Shown piece by piece: positions 28,571 to 37,554 of a stretch of 37,554 nucleotides of DNA (position 1 is its first letter; every line of letters begins with the position of its first letter). The DNA is from a virus (Duplodnaviria; Heunggongvirae; Uroviricota; Caudoviricetes), in IMG/VR virus record IMGVR_UViG_2695420600_000017. One strand, 5' to 3'. The translations under genes were made by a program, and so were the position numbers. The notes beneath the pieces were generated by a model. It saw only the letters and a program-made list of their open reading frames with translations. It searched no databases and was not told the origin of the DNA.

Positions 28571-28640
28571 ACCCGCCTCCGGTCATCATTACACAGGGCA
28601 AGTTTAAAATAAAAATCCCGCGCTGTGGCGGGATTTGGGG

Positions 28641-29153
28641 TTAAAAGGGGGAGGATTCTTCATACAGCCTGCAAACGCGCTCATAACTCATCACTGTACG
28701 CGCTGACATCCCCAGCACATCCAGCATCTTGCGGCGGTGCCAGCGTTTGAGACGCTCCAGCACATCAGAGGCCAGCGCGGGGTGTTGTTCCAGCCACTGC
28801 CAGTTAGCCACACCTTCGCCGCCGTTCTGAGCGGCCGTCTGCGATTTCACCCAGCGGTTAAGGGCTGTTTCCCCGCCATCAGAGATAAAGCCCTGCCGGT
28901 GCATCACCTTCCAGATGGCGCGAATTTTGGCGGTCACCGTACCCGGTTTTAAGGCCCGGTTAACCGGCTTCTGACGCACTTTAAAACCGCGTTTTTTGAA
29001 AACATCCAGCACGCGGGATAACTCATCCGGTGACATATCCCGGCAACTGGGTTTGCCGGTGGCTGCCAGTAGTACGGATGTGTAGGTCTCATGGTCAAGC
29101 TGTAGATCGCGTTTTGCGACATGTATTAAGGTAATCAGGGAAGCGCGATTCAT
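28641..29153 (-). CDS. gemA: GemA-like protein (Mu gp16, gene expression modulator)
   Basis: 170 aa immediately upstream of the Mor-like gene, as in Mu. Confidence 0.6.
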   Translation of the reverse strand: MNRASLITLIHVAKRDLQLDHETYTSVLLAATGKPSCRDMSPDELSRVLDVFKKRGFKVRQKPVNRALKPGTVTAKIRAIWKVMHRQGFISDGGETALNRWVKSQTAAQNGGEGVANWQWLEQHPALASDVLERLKRWHRRKMLDVLGMSARTVMSYERVCRLYEESSPF

Positions 29154-29217
29154 TATCGTGTCTCCGTAACAACAGGCGGCATGGCAACGCCGCCCGGATA
29201 AAACTAAAGGTATCGAT

Positions 29218-29628
29218 ATGAAAATAGATTACGATGAAGTATTAAGTATTCTCACAACTTTTCAGGATGCTGAAACACCTTTCCTTACACTACAGGATCT
29301 GGGCATGGCTGAGGCAGAAGGAGAGGAAAAGGATAAAAAAGTTTTTCATCTTATGCTTCTCGCTGATAATGGCTCAATTGTTAATGGTGATATGCGGTCA
29401 GAAACACCAAAATATATTGGTTTCTTTTTTCATTCTCTGGGCGTTGGTTTCAGAAACACGCCCATTATGCTTACTCAGCAGGGGCATGATTTAGCTAACG
29501 CCCTGAGAAAAAAACCAATCCTTGAAAGAATCAAAAAGGAGTTTACAGACGCGCCATTTGATCTAATCAAAGAAGTTACCAAATCAATGTTAACCAGGTT
29601 CGTCAAAGAACGTATTGGGATTGACTAA
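29218..29628 (+). CDS. Hypothetical protein (136 aa), antisense-oriented gene inside the early operon, low-GC island
   Basis: ORF with AAAGG SD; about 40% GC locally against about 55-60% around it; its 3' end overlaps the convergent 102-aa gene by 39 bp. Confidence 0.5.
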   Translation: MKIDYDEVLSILTTFQDAETPFLTLQDLGMAEAEGEEKDKKVFHLMLLADNGSIVNGDMRSETPKYIGFFFHSLGVGFRNTPIMLTQQGHDLANALRKKPILERIKKEFTDAPFDLIKEVTKSMLTRFVKERIGID

Positions 29629-29898
29629 ACAACTTAATTCAGCCAGTAATCGCAGGGCGGCGACAGCCGCCTGCTTGTCACTTCTTTTAGCTATTTCCGC
29701 AAGGGTATGCACAATCCATAACGGACTTAACGCTACGGCTGAATCCAGAATCATGTCATCCATAATAATTTCTGGCATATCCCGCTTGTCACATTCTTTA
29801 TCCATAAAAGAAACGAATTTTTCAGCATCTTCCGGTTTCATCCCTCCGGCGATAAGGATTTTGCGATATTCATAAGACGATCTTAATTCAATACTCAT
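29590..29898 (-). CDS. Hypothetical protein (102 aa), low-GC island
   Basis: ORF in the AT-rich segment; no recognisable motif. Confidence 0.45.
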   Translation of the reverse strand: MSIELRSSYEYRKILIAGGMKPEDAEKFVSFMDKECDKRDMPEIIMDDMILDSAVALSPLWIVHTLAEIAKRSDKQAAVAALRLLAELSCLVNPNTFFDEPG

Positions 29899-29913
29899 TA
29901 TTCACCTGCCTGC

Positions 29914-30306
29914 TTAATCTGTTTCCAGTGCTTTGCTACGAGCTATAGCCTCACATTCAAAAAATACCGACTCCGGCACGCGCCCTTTTAATTCACGAAC
30001 AAGGAAGTCATTAACGCGTTCATGACGTCTTATATTTCTTTCCTTTTCCTCCTGGCGCAATACAGCAAGGCGGTATTCAACAGCCCGGCGTTGTTTCTGA
30101 AAGACAGCCAGTGCTTTTCTGGCAGCATTACGCCATGCATCATCGCCACATGGTGCGTATTCAAGCTGAAATTTAATCTCTTCAATAGTTTCTTTGATTT
30201 TTGCCAGCAAGCTAAGACAGTCGCTTATTGTCTCCAGCTTTTCATTATCAATATAACTTCTCACGCATTCACCTCCCGTAATTCCGGTAAAGCCGAAATA
30301 TGACAC
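29914..30306 (-). CDS. Hypothetical protein (130 aa), low-GC island
   Basis: ORF in the AT-rich segment; predicted helical and charged (RRAVEYRLAVLRQEEKERNIRRHER). Confidence 0.5.
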   Translation of the reverse strand: MSYFGFTGITGGECVRSYIDNEKLETISDCLSLLAKIKETIEEIKFQLEYAPCGDDAWRNAARKALAVFQKQRRAVEYRLAVLRQEEKERNIRRHERVNDFLVRELKGRVPESVFFECEAIARSKALETD

Positions 30307-30590
30307 CAGTGCGTCACCTGTCCGTCTTCATCTTCAAGGCAGGCTCCGGTTTCTTCATCAACAAAAAAGCCTTCATACCCCATATGGCCGATGCGCAGCT
30401 CCTGACGGTGACCATACTGAACAATCAGCACGACAGCCTCCATATCAGGTGGGAAAGCATCATTCAGTGAATGCCAGGGATAACCGCGTAAATCCCCGAA
30501 ATAAACACCGGTCAGCGTTCCGCCACAGAGCGGCATTCCGGCGGCACACACAAGAGGTTCATCTGATTCAACAAATAAGGTCGTTATCAT
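30261..30590 (-). CDS. Hypothetical protein (109 aa)
   Basis: ORF in the early semi-essential region; start overlaps the upstream gene stop. Confidence 0.45.
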   Translation of the reverse strand: MITTLFVESDEPLVCAAGMPLCGGTLTGVYFGDLRGYPWHSLNDAFPPDMEAVVLIVQYGHRQELRIGHMGYEGFFVDEETGACLEDEDGQVTHWCHISALPELREVNA

Positions 30591-31138
30591 GGCGTTAACT
30601 CCCGTAATACAGCGTCCTCGGCAGTCCGGCGACGGTAATAAACTGCGTGAGCAGAATGTTCAGATATTCCAAACTTTTCGCCAATTTCCCGGAATGACAG
30701 ACGGCGTGGGTAATCGGAATCACGCAGCGCACGTATAAGACGTACATCATCATCAGATATGTGCGTGCCGGGGCGTAACTCTCCGCACTTTGTTAATCCA
30801 GCACCAATCATTCCTGCCCGACATCTGACAGAATCTTTATTACGTCCGAGATATTCTCCCATTTGCTGGCAGGTCATTGTTCTGGCATTTTTTCGAATAA
30901 ACTTATCTTCATCAGGTGTAAATCTTGGGTGTTTATATTTCAGTAACTCCGGGTATGAACTGCGCAATACACCAGTCCGGTTATATACAGCCCAGACAGT
31001 TCTTTTTATTCTGGCAGCAATATCCTTAACCGGGGTGGATGAATAAAGCGCAATCAGCAGCGCATCTTCTTCAGGTGTCCACGGACGGACATGAGCGGGG
31101 GCGCGACCTTTTAGTCCCATGGGTTGTAATTTCATCAT
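30587..31138 (-). CDS. DNA-binding protein with three tandem Myb/SANT-like HTH repeats
   Basis: Three repeats of about 45 aa: WTPEEDALLIALY...AVYNR, FTPDEDKFIRKNA...MGEYLGR, ISDDDVRLIRALR...EIGEKFGIS...AVYYRR. Confidence 0.55.
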   Translation of the reverse strand: MMKLQPMGLKGRAPAHVRPWTPEEDALLIALYSSTPVKDIAARIKRTVWAVYNRTGVLRSSYPELLKYKHPRFTPDEDKFIRKNARTMTCQQMGEYLGRNKDSVRCRAGMIGAGLTKCGELRPGTHISDDDVRLIRALRDSDYPRRLSFREIGEKFGISEHSAHAVYYRRRTAEDAVLRELTP

Positions 31139-31141
31139 GCA

Positions 31142-31657
31142 TCACCCCCTGACTCGCTTTTCAGCAGCATAAAACTCATCAGACAGTATTTCGGTCATTT
31201 TCTGTTTTGCGGGTTTTACGCCGCACTGAAGGTAAATCACATCGTCAACGCAGAACCACTTCACAGGGCCAAACAGGATTGCCGAGAAATCAATACCCAA
31301 CCAGAACAACAGCGCATCGGTTCTGGCATACGTGACGGGCGAATATTCACGCCACAGACTGTTCAGTTCATCAGAGGCAACACGCAGGGTTTTAGGGATA
31401 CGTGATGTGCGCGGTGTGCAGCTCCAGCCATTCGACGCAGTCGGTTTTCGCCATAAGTCGCGATGAAAAGGATATTTGTCCTCCGTAAAACGCAGTCCCT
31501 TAAAGTAAAATCCACTGATACCGGATACAAATACCGACCGGCACGCAACATTCAGCACGGCCTCAAGGCGTTTTGCCTCATCCTTAACTTTCTGGCAGTC
31601 CTGCTGGTATTTTTGCCACGCAGCCAGCGCGGAAGGGTTTGATGTTTTAAAGAACAT
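31142..31657 (-). CDS. Hypothetical protein (171 aa)
   Basis: ORF in the early region, coupled to its neighbours. Confidence 0.5.
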   Translation of the reverse strand: MFFKTSNPSALAAWQKYQQDCQKVKDEAKRLEAVLNVACRSVFVSGISGFYFKGLRFTEDKYPFHRDLWRKPTASNGWSCTPRTSRIPKTLRVASDELNSLWREYSPVTYARTDALLFWLGIDFSAILFGPVKWFCVDDVIYLQCGVKPAKQKMTEILSDEFYAAEKRVRG

Positions 31658-32190
31658 TACGCCACCTCCGCAGATATCCCGGCAGGCGCTGCTGTCCGGT
31701 CAACAATCAGGTAGCGCAGAACATGTTCAGTGATATTCCAGCCGCTTAAACCGCAGATAATGACGCCCAGGCGTATGTCGATATACGCCATCACAAACTG
31801 GGGCACGCCTTCTTTCATGGCCTGCTCATCAACTTCAGCCACCACATAAACGGTTTCACAGGTCAGAACGCCCTGAGCAAATTCCCACGCCATCGACGGA
31901 ATATCATGCCCCTCAATCCATGGCAGGGATTTTCTGAAGCCGCACCACTGAACATCATCAGCCGCAGATTCCTGGCTGCATTTGCGACGAACCGGCTGCA
32001 CCGGGCGGGGGCGCGGAATATCATAAAAACCGTTACATTCCGTCAGCACGCCTGCATCAACCGCATCACGCAGAAAATAAACCATGGAGGATGGCGGCAT
32101 ATTCATTTTTTCAGCCAGTACACCGCAGGTCAGGCGGCCATAAATACACAGCCAGTTTTTAACCCCTTCAAGCACTTTTGCATCAATCAT
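31657..32190 (-). CDS. Hypothetical protein (177 aa)
   Basis: ORF in the early region downstream of gam. Confidence 0.5.
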   Translation of the reverse strand: MIDAKVLEGVKNWLCIYGRLTCGVLAEKMNMPPSSMVYFLRDAVDAGVLTECNGFYDIPRPRPVQPVRRKCSQESAADDVQWCGFRKSLPWIEGHDIPSMAWEFAQGVLTCETVYVVAEVDEQAMKEGVPQFVMAYIDIRLGVIICGLSGWNITEHVLRYLIVDRTAAPAGISAEVA

Positions 32191-32335
32191 GATTTATTTC
32201 CCCACCACATTATTAATGACGATATAAACGTATTTCATATTTCTTAACCCTTATTTTCTGTTTTCAGGCGCAAGCAGTCCCCTGACGCGAGCGCCATAAT
32301 TAAAATGAAGTGATATTTAATTGATTAATGTGGTG

Positions 32336-32866
32336 TTATTTATTCAGTCCGGCGTCCTGTTCAAAAGGCTCGACATAAAAACTTTCAGCGCCTTTATTCA
32401 CCTTGATACCGGCAATGCCTTTCACAGCATCCGGCTCCGCCAGGACGGCTTCCTTGTTCACTTCCTCTTTCGTGCGGATGAAACGCTCAAGCCCCATACG
32501 GCGCAGCATTTCAATCACACCTTCCACATCACGGCTGACGCTGCATGATGGCGTTCCCAGCCGCCATGACACCGTTCCGGTGGTCAGATTGGCTGTTTTG
32601 GTTTTGCCGCCGTTCGTCAGCTCATCACGGTTGGTTTTGCACCAGTCCTGAATCCCTTTAAAAAGCACTTTGATTTGCTTTTTAAGATTTTCAATCTGCG
32701 GCGTATAACGGGCGGTGATTTCTGCCACTTCGTCATTCATCGCCGTTTCCAGGCGCAGCGCCTCTCGCTGAATATCTCCCAGGGTGCGGATATCACGGCT
32801 GACTTCTTCCCGGGTCTGCGGTGCCGCCTCGGCTGCGGCCTTTAATTTTGTAACGCGTTTAGCCAT
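32336..32866 (-). CDS. gam: Gam, host-nuclease inhibitor (Ku-like DNA end-binding protein)
   Basis: Blocks such as RDIRTLGDIQREALRLETAMNDEVAEIT, NRDELTNGGKTKTANLTTGTVSWR and ERFIRTKEEVNKEA match recalled Mu Gam. Confidence 0.9.
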   Translation of the reverse strand: MAKRVTKLKAAAEAAPQTREEVSRDIRTLGDIQREALRLETAMNDEVAEITARYTPQIENLKKQIKVLFKGIQDWCKTNRDELTNGGKTKTANLTTGTVSWRLGTPSCSVSRDVEGVIEMLRRMGLERFIRTKEEVNKEAVLAEPDAVKGIAGIKVNKGAESFYVEPFEQDAGLNK

Positions 32867-32877
32867 TTTGTTTTTCC

Positions 32878-33171
32878 TTATTGCAGTGTGCCTGATGCTT
32901 TATGCACGCGGTGGCGTTTAATGATGGCATCCGCTCCAAAAGACTGTGCAGATGCCTGAAATTCCGCTGAGAGAAACTGAATAATTGCAGGACTGTGATA
33001 CTGGAGAATACTTGCATAAACGTCACAGAGTGACGTCGGCCTGTTATCCGTATCACGTTCTGTTTTCACATCCACTCCAATCTTTTCATGCACTTCAACA
33101 CAGTCATTGCCTGCCAACTTTTCGTCATGCGAAACATGATTAAATTCAAAAATAACGCGTACTTTGCTCAT
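32878..33171 (-). CDS. Small protein (about 97 aa), paralogue of the adjacent upstream gene
   Basis: Start taken at MSKVRVIFEF; shares the N-terminus and a KASA/AEF block with the neighbour. Confidence 0.45.
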   Translation of the reverse strand: MSKVRVIFEFNHVSHDEKLAGNDCVEVHEKIGVDVKTERDTDNRPTSLCDVYASILQYHSPAIIQFLSAEFQASAQSFGADAIIKRHRVHKASGTLQ

Positions 33172-33175
33172 GGAA

Positions 33176-33448
33176 TTACCCCTGTTGATTAAATTCATTA
33201 CCGTTAATAACCCCGGAAGCCATGCCTCTGTCTTTCATGAATGCACTGGCTTTCATTGCCACAAACTCTGCGAAGTTTCTGCTTTCTGCCAGCATAACCA
33301 CCCCAAAAATCATGGCGGGTCCATTATCTTTCTTCTTTATTCCGGTTGAACGTATATCCAGACTTACCCCTCTGTGCGTGCTGCCATCAGAGTTTTTGCA
33401 GATAACATCTTCCTTGTATTCGAAAATAATGCGTACGACTTTACTCAT
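33176..33448 (-). CDS. Small protein (90 aa), paralogue of the adjacent downstream gene
   Basis: N-terminus MSKVVRIIFEYKED, similar to the neighbour. Confidence 0.45.
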   Translation of the reverse strand: MSKVVRIIFEYKEDVICKNSDGSTHRGVSLDIRSTGIKKKDNGPAMIFGVVMLAESRNFAEFVAMKASAFMKDRGMASGVINGNEFNQQG

Positions 33449-33726
33449 CCTCTGGTCCTCGTTCTGTTTGGATAACTGACCCGGCGTCTAACCTCACGGC
33501 AGAACCGAATCATGGCATTAAAGGCTTCTTCCTCCGTCACCGCTTCCGGTATCCCCGGAACCAGTAACTGCTCCTGTTCATCACGTCCATGACGCGCCAT
33601 AACCTCAATCACATGCCGTACCGTGGCAGGCTTTCCGGCAACTATCGGCAATGCACCTTCCGGCAGGACGTAACCAAACTCAATAAGACCACTCGACCAC
33701 GCCCATGCAATGAGATTTTTTTTCAC
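33445..33726 (-). CDS. Hypothetical protein (93 aa)
   Basis: ORF in the early region. Confidence 0.45.
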   Translation of the reverse strand: MKKNLIAWAWSSGLIEFGYVLPEGALPIVAGKPATVRHVIEVMARHGRDEQEQLLVPGIPEAVTEEEAFNAMIRFCREVRRRVSYPNRTRTRG

Positions 33727-33727
33727 C

Positions 33728-33994
33728 TCACACCTCCCAGTAAACCGTGCAGCCGCTGATGCGGGTGGCCTTCACACGGCGGCGCAGGCCGTTGGTCTGT
33801 ATGGTGATTTCAATTTCACCGGTTCCCTGCACGTTGCCTACCGGCGGCGTGGTTTTCAGTGCAAAACGTTGCGGATAGCGCTTACTGCGTTCCAGTACCG
33901 CACCGGCAAGTTCGGTCAGACGGCGCGCGCTGTTCAGGGAGTCGAATAAATTCATTTTGTTACCGCAGGATTGCATATTCATATAACACCTCAT
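33728..33994 (-). CDS. Hypothetical protein (up to 88 aa; start may be the internal MNLFDSLN)
   Basis: ORF in the early region. Confidence 0.4.
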   Translation of the reverse strand: MRCYMNMQSCGNKMNLFDSLNSARRLTELAGAVLERSKRYPQRFALKTTPPVGNVQGTGEIEITIQTNGLRRRVKATRISGCTVYWEV

Positions 33995-34222
33995 TTAGCT
34001 GACTTGTTTCGCACCAACAGAACGGCATATTCCGCTGTAAACTTCTGTCGCACCTTCGCGATCAAGTCCGGCAGATATCACCATTCGTGTGCGGTCATTA
34101 AATTCAAAAAGTAAATCGCCACATTCTTTATTTTCGGCCAGTGAAATCACCTTCACGTTATCGAAATTAACCAGGTAAAAGCGTCCGTAAATATCAGGAA
34201 TATTAAATACCGCCATAATCAC
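33995..34222 (-). CDS. Small protein immediately downstream of B (position of Mu kil)
   Basis: 75 aa; positional analogy only. Confidence 0.4.
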   Translation of the reverse strand: MIMAVFNIPDIYGRFYLVNFDNVKVISLAENKECGDLLFEFNDRTRMVISAGLDREGATEVYSGICRSVGAKQVS

Positions 34223-35160
34223 ACCTGTGAGAGTAATTCAGGGTTGGTATAAACCTCTTTAAAGGCCGCATTAATATGTTTTTCTGTCAGCGCCGCGCCT
34301 TCACCGCTGGCGGTGAGCCACGCCTGGTTAAGCGTATGTGTCAGAACGCGTAACGCTCCCGGCTTTTCAGCGATAGCCTGCATGACGGCCAGCTCGGCCT
34401 CACCACTGATCCCCCACGCCATGGCAATGGCCAGCACATCCGCCTTTTTGGCCTTGCGAAGTTGTTTTGTACGGGCAAGACGGCTGAACAGGCGCGATAA
34501 ATCATCAAAGGCGCGGCGTCCACCTTTAAACAATCCGCGCGGGTTACCAATAAGCACCATCCCGATCCCCGTGGCGTCCTGAATTGCCCGGAGTTGCTCC
34601 AGACCGTCAATACCAAGATGATCCGCCTCATCCACAATCACCAGTCCACGCGTTCCCATCAGGCGACGGCGGATGGCGCGGGATAATGCCCCTTTGTTCG
34701 CGCGGGTGTAATCAATCCCCAGCGCATCGGCCAGCTCCAGCAGACACTCCGTGACGCTGGAGTGCGCGGGTGACAGGGTGATCATCCAGGTGTTTGGTTG
34801 CTCCTGGCAGTAATTACGGGCAGTGGCCGTTTTACCCACACCCGGTACGCCCACAATAACGTTAATACAGCCCATCAGGCGAACCGCCTGAAACAGTGCG
34901 CGCAGCTCCTGGACTGTCTGAGTTTCCACAAACTGCGGCGGTTCCGGCAGTGCGCTTTGTTTATTCCAGTTCTCATACCAGGAGCGCAGGGAAGCAGCCA
35001 CAGCAGCGTTATCGCCTTTATATTTTCCCTTACGGAAAGCCGATAATGTGCCGTCGGAAATTCCCGCCTCTCTGGCGATGGCATACTGCGTCAGTACGCC
35101 GCCATCAATAAGTTCATCAATGGTCTTGATTACATCGTTAATATCGGTCATATTATTCAC
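34219..35160 (-). CDS. B: MuB-like ATP-dependent target-DNA activator (AAA+)
   Basis: 313 aa; Walker A GVPGVGKT and Walker B LVIVDEADHL; N-terminal HTH; directly downstream of the transposase. Confidence 0.9.
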   Translation of the reverse strand: MNNMTDINDVIKTIDELIDGGVLTQYAIAREAGISDGTLSAFRKGKYKGDNAAVAASLRSWYENWNKQSALPEPPQFVETQTVQELRALFQAVRLMGCINVIVGVPGVGKTATARNYCQEQPNTWMITLSPAHSSVTECLLELADALGIDYTRANKGALSRAIRRRLMGTRGLVIVDEADHLGIDGLEQLRAIQDATGIGMVLIGNPRGLFKGGRRAFDDLSRLFSRLARTKQLRKAKKADVLAIAMAWGISGEAELAVMQAIAEKPGALRVLTHTLNQAWLTASGEGAALTEKHINAAFKEVYTNPELLSQV

Positions 35161-35233
35161 CTCGCTTGAGACAGCATTCTCCGAGACTGAAACCTCAAAT
35201 AACCTGAGTCACCCCTCGGGTTATTTTTTTATT

Positions 35234-37321
35234 TCAGGCCAGCGGATCACTTTCTTTTAATTTCGCTTCGAGCAGTTGCAATCCCCGCTGGAAATTACGC
35301 TCGTATTCTTCATCAGGTTCATCGTCAGCGACCGGTTGCTGAACGGTCACCGTATTACCCACAGGGCGGTATATGTTTTCCAGCCAGGGCTCCTGCGGCT
35401 TGTGCTCCAGCACGTTGACAACCTCATCCTCGGCATCACGGATTTTTTCCTCTGCGCGTTTACGCATGCCTTTAAGGCGCTGCTGCTGTTTGTAGTATTC
35501 CGCGCTGACAGGGAAGGCTTCGCGTTTATTGCCGTCCCATACCGCCTCGCAAATCACGCTGCCATCCGGGCGGCGCACGGTAATTCGTTCGGCATCATGA
35601 ATGTCATAGCTGATAAGTACCTTACGGCCATGCTCGTCACGCAGCTCGGGCGCGTAGTAAATATTATTCAGCCAGCGTATTTCACAGCGTCTTACAGGGC
35701 GCTCCACCATCGGCCGGAACATATCCCGCAGTTCAACATCGGACAGCCATTCAATTTCCGTGTCCTCTTCCGCCAGGCGTTTTTTTCTGAACTCCGCCGG
35801 GCTGTAATGTTTACCGTTCGGCTTCATGGGTAATTCATCGTGCGGCCGGTTGTTGTACCACTCAACACCGTCACGAATGGCATCAATCAGTTCAGACCAG
35901 GACGGTAAATCACGCATCGCTGACTGCTGCCGGGCGTTCAGCCGTTTGCCCTGTTGCAGGGCACTGAATGCCGAGCGTAAATCGCGGTTGGTTTTACGTA
36001 ACGTCTCGCGATCTGCTCCTTTCCCGAAATAGGTGCGGTATTTACGGGCTATGCGCATCGGTAATGTGCGGTTAAGCCGTTCGATAATGCCCCGTCCCTG
36101 CGGATTACCGGCAATCCCTGTCGGGTGATTAATCCCCAGTCGTGGCAGTATCCCCACAATCTCCTTATCCAGGACGTCGGCGGTTTCCCCGGAGCCATTA
36201 TCCGAGTAATACAGAAACGGTTTGCCATGATGGCGAATACCGTGCTGTATGGCACCGGCTACGGCGAAAACATTTTCAGCCAGGTCAAGGCTCCAGCCCA
36301 CCACAAAGCGCGTGCCACCGTCGATAACAAAGGTCACTTCCGGTGCGAATGGCCGCCCGTGAACCGGGTGCGCGCATTTCAGCTTCATGCCGTGACCGTC
36401 ACCAATCCAGACATAATTCACCGGCATTTTTGACCAGTCGCGGCGCGTGAATCCCTCAAGCTGGCGGTATTCACTGCCGGTAACCCGTCCTTTTTGTTTC
36501 ACCACTTCCGGCAGTTTCTTCATTGCGCGGCGAATGGTGTCATAAGACGGCATGATATCGAGCATATAAGGCTCATCAGCGTGCCGGTGCTGCCATTCGG
36601 CAACAAAATCCTCGTAAGCCTCGGTCATTGGTCGGCCGTTTGACTGGCGATACTGCGCCAGAAATTCGGGCAACCAGTTAATATCTTCGGCTTTTATTTC
36701 CTGGCGTTTACCTGGTGCCAGCAAAAGCAGGCGTTCAGCAGCGTTCTGTGCCTTATTAAAGGCCGCAATCCAGCGTTTCAGCGTGATTTCACTCAACACG
36801 CGACTGTTTCCCTTTCTGGCGTTCGCTATCTCAACCATTGCCACAATGCGCTCATCCAGTTGCGAGTGTGACAGGCGGTCAACGATGAACCGGATAGCTT
36901 TAGCGCAGCTGAAACCGGGTTGTTGCGTGAATTTCAGCACCTCACTGACGATCGCAATGCGTGCGTCTGCCACCTGGCGCTGGTTTTCAGTCAGGGCATT
37001 GAGGCGTTCGACCATCAGTTGTGGTGATCCGCGATATGCCTCCACCGCATCAACCACGGCAGACGAGCGTCTGGCCTTTGTCACCACCGGAGCCGGTGAT
37101 TCATCGGCTTTTTGCGTCATCAGTTGCAGGGCATAACGTTCGCGTAATGCCTGCTGTGTCACTTCAGGTAAACAGTCAATGCTGTATTCAAAACCTTTAG
37201 CGCCTTTCTTGCGGCGTCTGCTGGTTTCGCTGGTTGCATACTTCCTGATTGAATAGCGAACGCCTTGCTCCGTTCCCGGCATCCCCGGTAATCCAACCAG
37301 TTCTTTGACTGAAGCAAACAT
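35234..37321 (-). CDS. A: MuA-like DDE transposase
   Basis: 695 aa between ner and B; size and position as MuA (663 aa recalled). Confidence 0.9.
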   Translation of the reverse strand: MFASVKELVGLPGMPGTEQGVRYSIRKYATSETSRRRKKGAKGFEYSIDCLPEVTQQALRERYALQLMTQKADESPAPVVTKARRSSAVVDAVEAYRGSPQLMVERLNALTENQRQVADARIAIVSEVLKFTQQPGFSCAKAIRFIVDRLSHSQLDERIVAMVEIANARKGNSRVLSEITLKRWIAAFNKAQNAAERLLLLAPGKRQEIKAEDINWLPEFLAQYRQSNGRPMTEAYEDFVAEWQHRHADEPYMLDIMPSYDTIRRAMKKLPEVVKQKGRVTGSEYRQLEGFTRRDWSKMPVNYVWIGDGHGMKLKCAHPVHGRPFAPEVTFVIDGGTRFVVGWSLDLAENVFAVAGAIQHGIRHHGKPFLYYSDNGSGETADVLDKEIVGILPRLGINHPTGIAGNPQGRGIIERLNRTLPMRIARKYRTYFGKGADRETLRKTNRDLRSAFSALQQGKRLNARQQSAMRDLPSWSELIDAIRDGVEWYNNRPHDELPMKPNGKHYSPAEFRKKRLAEEDTEIEWLSDVELRDMFRPMVERPVRRCEIRWLNNIYYAPELRDEHGRKVLISYDIHDAERITVRRPDGSVICEAVWDGNKREAFPVSAEYYKQQQRLKGMRKRAEEKIRDAEDEVVNVLEHKPQEPWLENIYRPVGNTVTVQQPVADDEPDEEYERNFQRGLQLLEAKLKESDPLA

Positions 37322-37323
37322 AA

Positions 37324-37554
37324 TTACGCGACCTTACGAATGTAGCGGCTGGGCCAAATCTCCTCGGGCGGCACCCCCAGGCATTCCGCGATAATCCCCT
37401 CATACTTGGGAACATGGCGGTATACCGCGTTGTACAGATTGTTCTGACCCACGCCAGCTTTACGGGCCAGCGCCCTCATGCTTCCTTCTCTGGCTCTGAC
37501 TTCCCCCAAAATTCTTTGAGGATGCCAATCAGGCTTAACTTCATTTCTCGCCAT
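37324..37554 (-). CDS. ner: Ner-like DNA-binding regulator (Nlp/Ner family)
   Basis: 76 aa; ends with EEIWPSRY as in recalled Mu Ner (PEVIWPSRY); directly upstream of A. Confidence 0.8.
   Translation of the reverse strand: MARNEVKPDWHPQRILGEVRAREGSMRALARKAGVGQNNLYNAVYRHVPKYEGIIAECLGVPPEEIWPSRYIRKVA

Larger units (their letters stand above)
331..37554 (-). mobile_element. Mu-like transposable prophage (right end through ner; c repressor and left end lie beyond window end)
   Basis: Colinear Mu gene order on minus strand: ner, A, B, semi-essential region with gam, gemA, Mor-like activator, lys, terminase, portal, head, tail and baseplate genes, tail fibre, com, mom. Protein sizes match Mu counterparts closely. 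Confidence 0.85.

Noticed and set aside
1-37554. CRISPR arrays, tRNA or rRNA genes, serine-recombinase (gin) gene
   Set aside because: No regularly spaced direct repeats, no cloverleaf-like tRNA candidates noticed, and no ORF with a serine-recombinase signature; this is by eye only, not a scan.

Overview
Almost the whole window is one Mu-like transposable prophage, read on the minus strand: ner, A (transposase) and B sit at the high-coordinate end, followed by a semi-essential early region with gam, gemA and a Mor-like activator, then lysis genes, terminase, portal, head, tail and baseplate genes, a tail fibre, and com/mom at the low-coordinate end. The prophage right end lies at about 331-440 and abuts a truncated IS3-family transposase fragment (1-330); the repressor and left end are beyond the window. 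Protein sizes track phage Mu closely, but identities are from motifs and recalled family sequences, not searches. The most interesting departures from Mu are: no gin recombinase although a gix-like crossover site persists inside the tail-fibre gene next to an inverted tail-fibre assembly gene; a NanS-p-like sialate O-acetylesterase cargo gene; a low-GC three-gene island with an antisense gene in the early operon; and only one Mor/C-family activator. No rRNA, tRNA or CRISPR array was seen. One caution: my hand reading of the printed sequence near 1140 disagreed by one base with the ORF track frames, so I followed the track.
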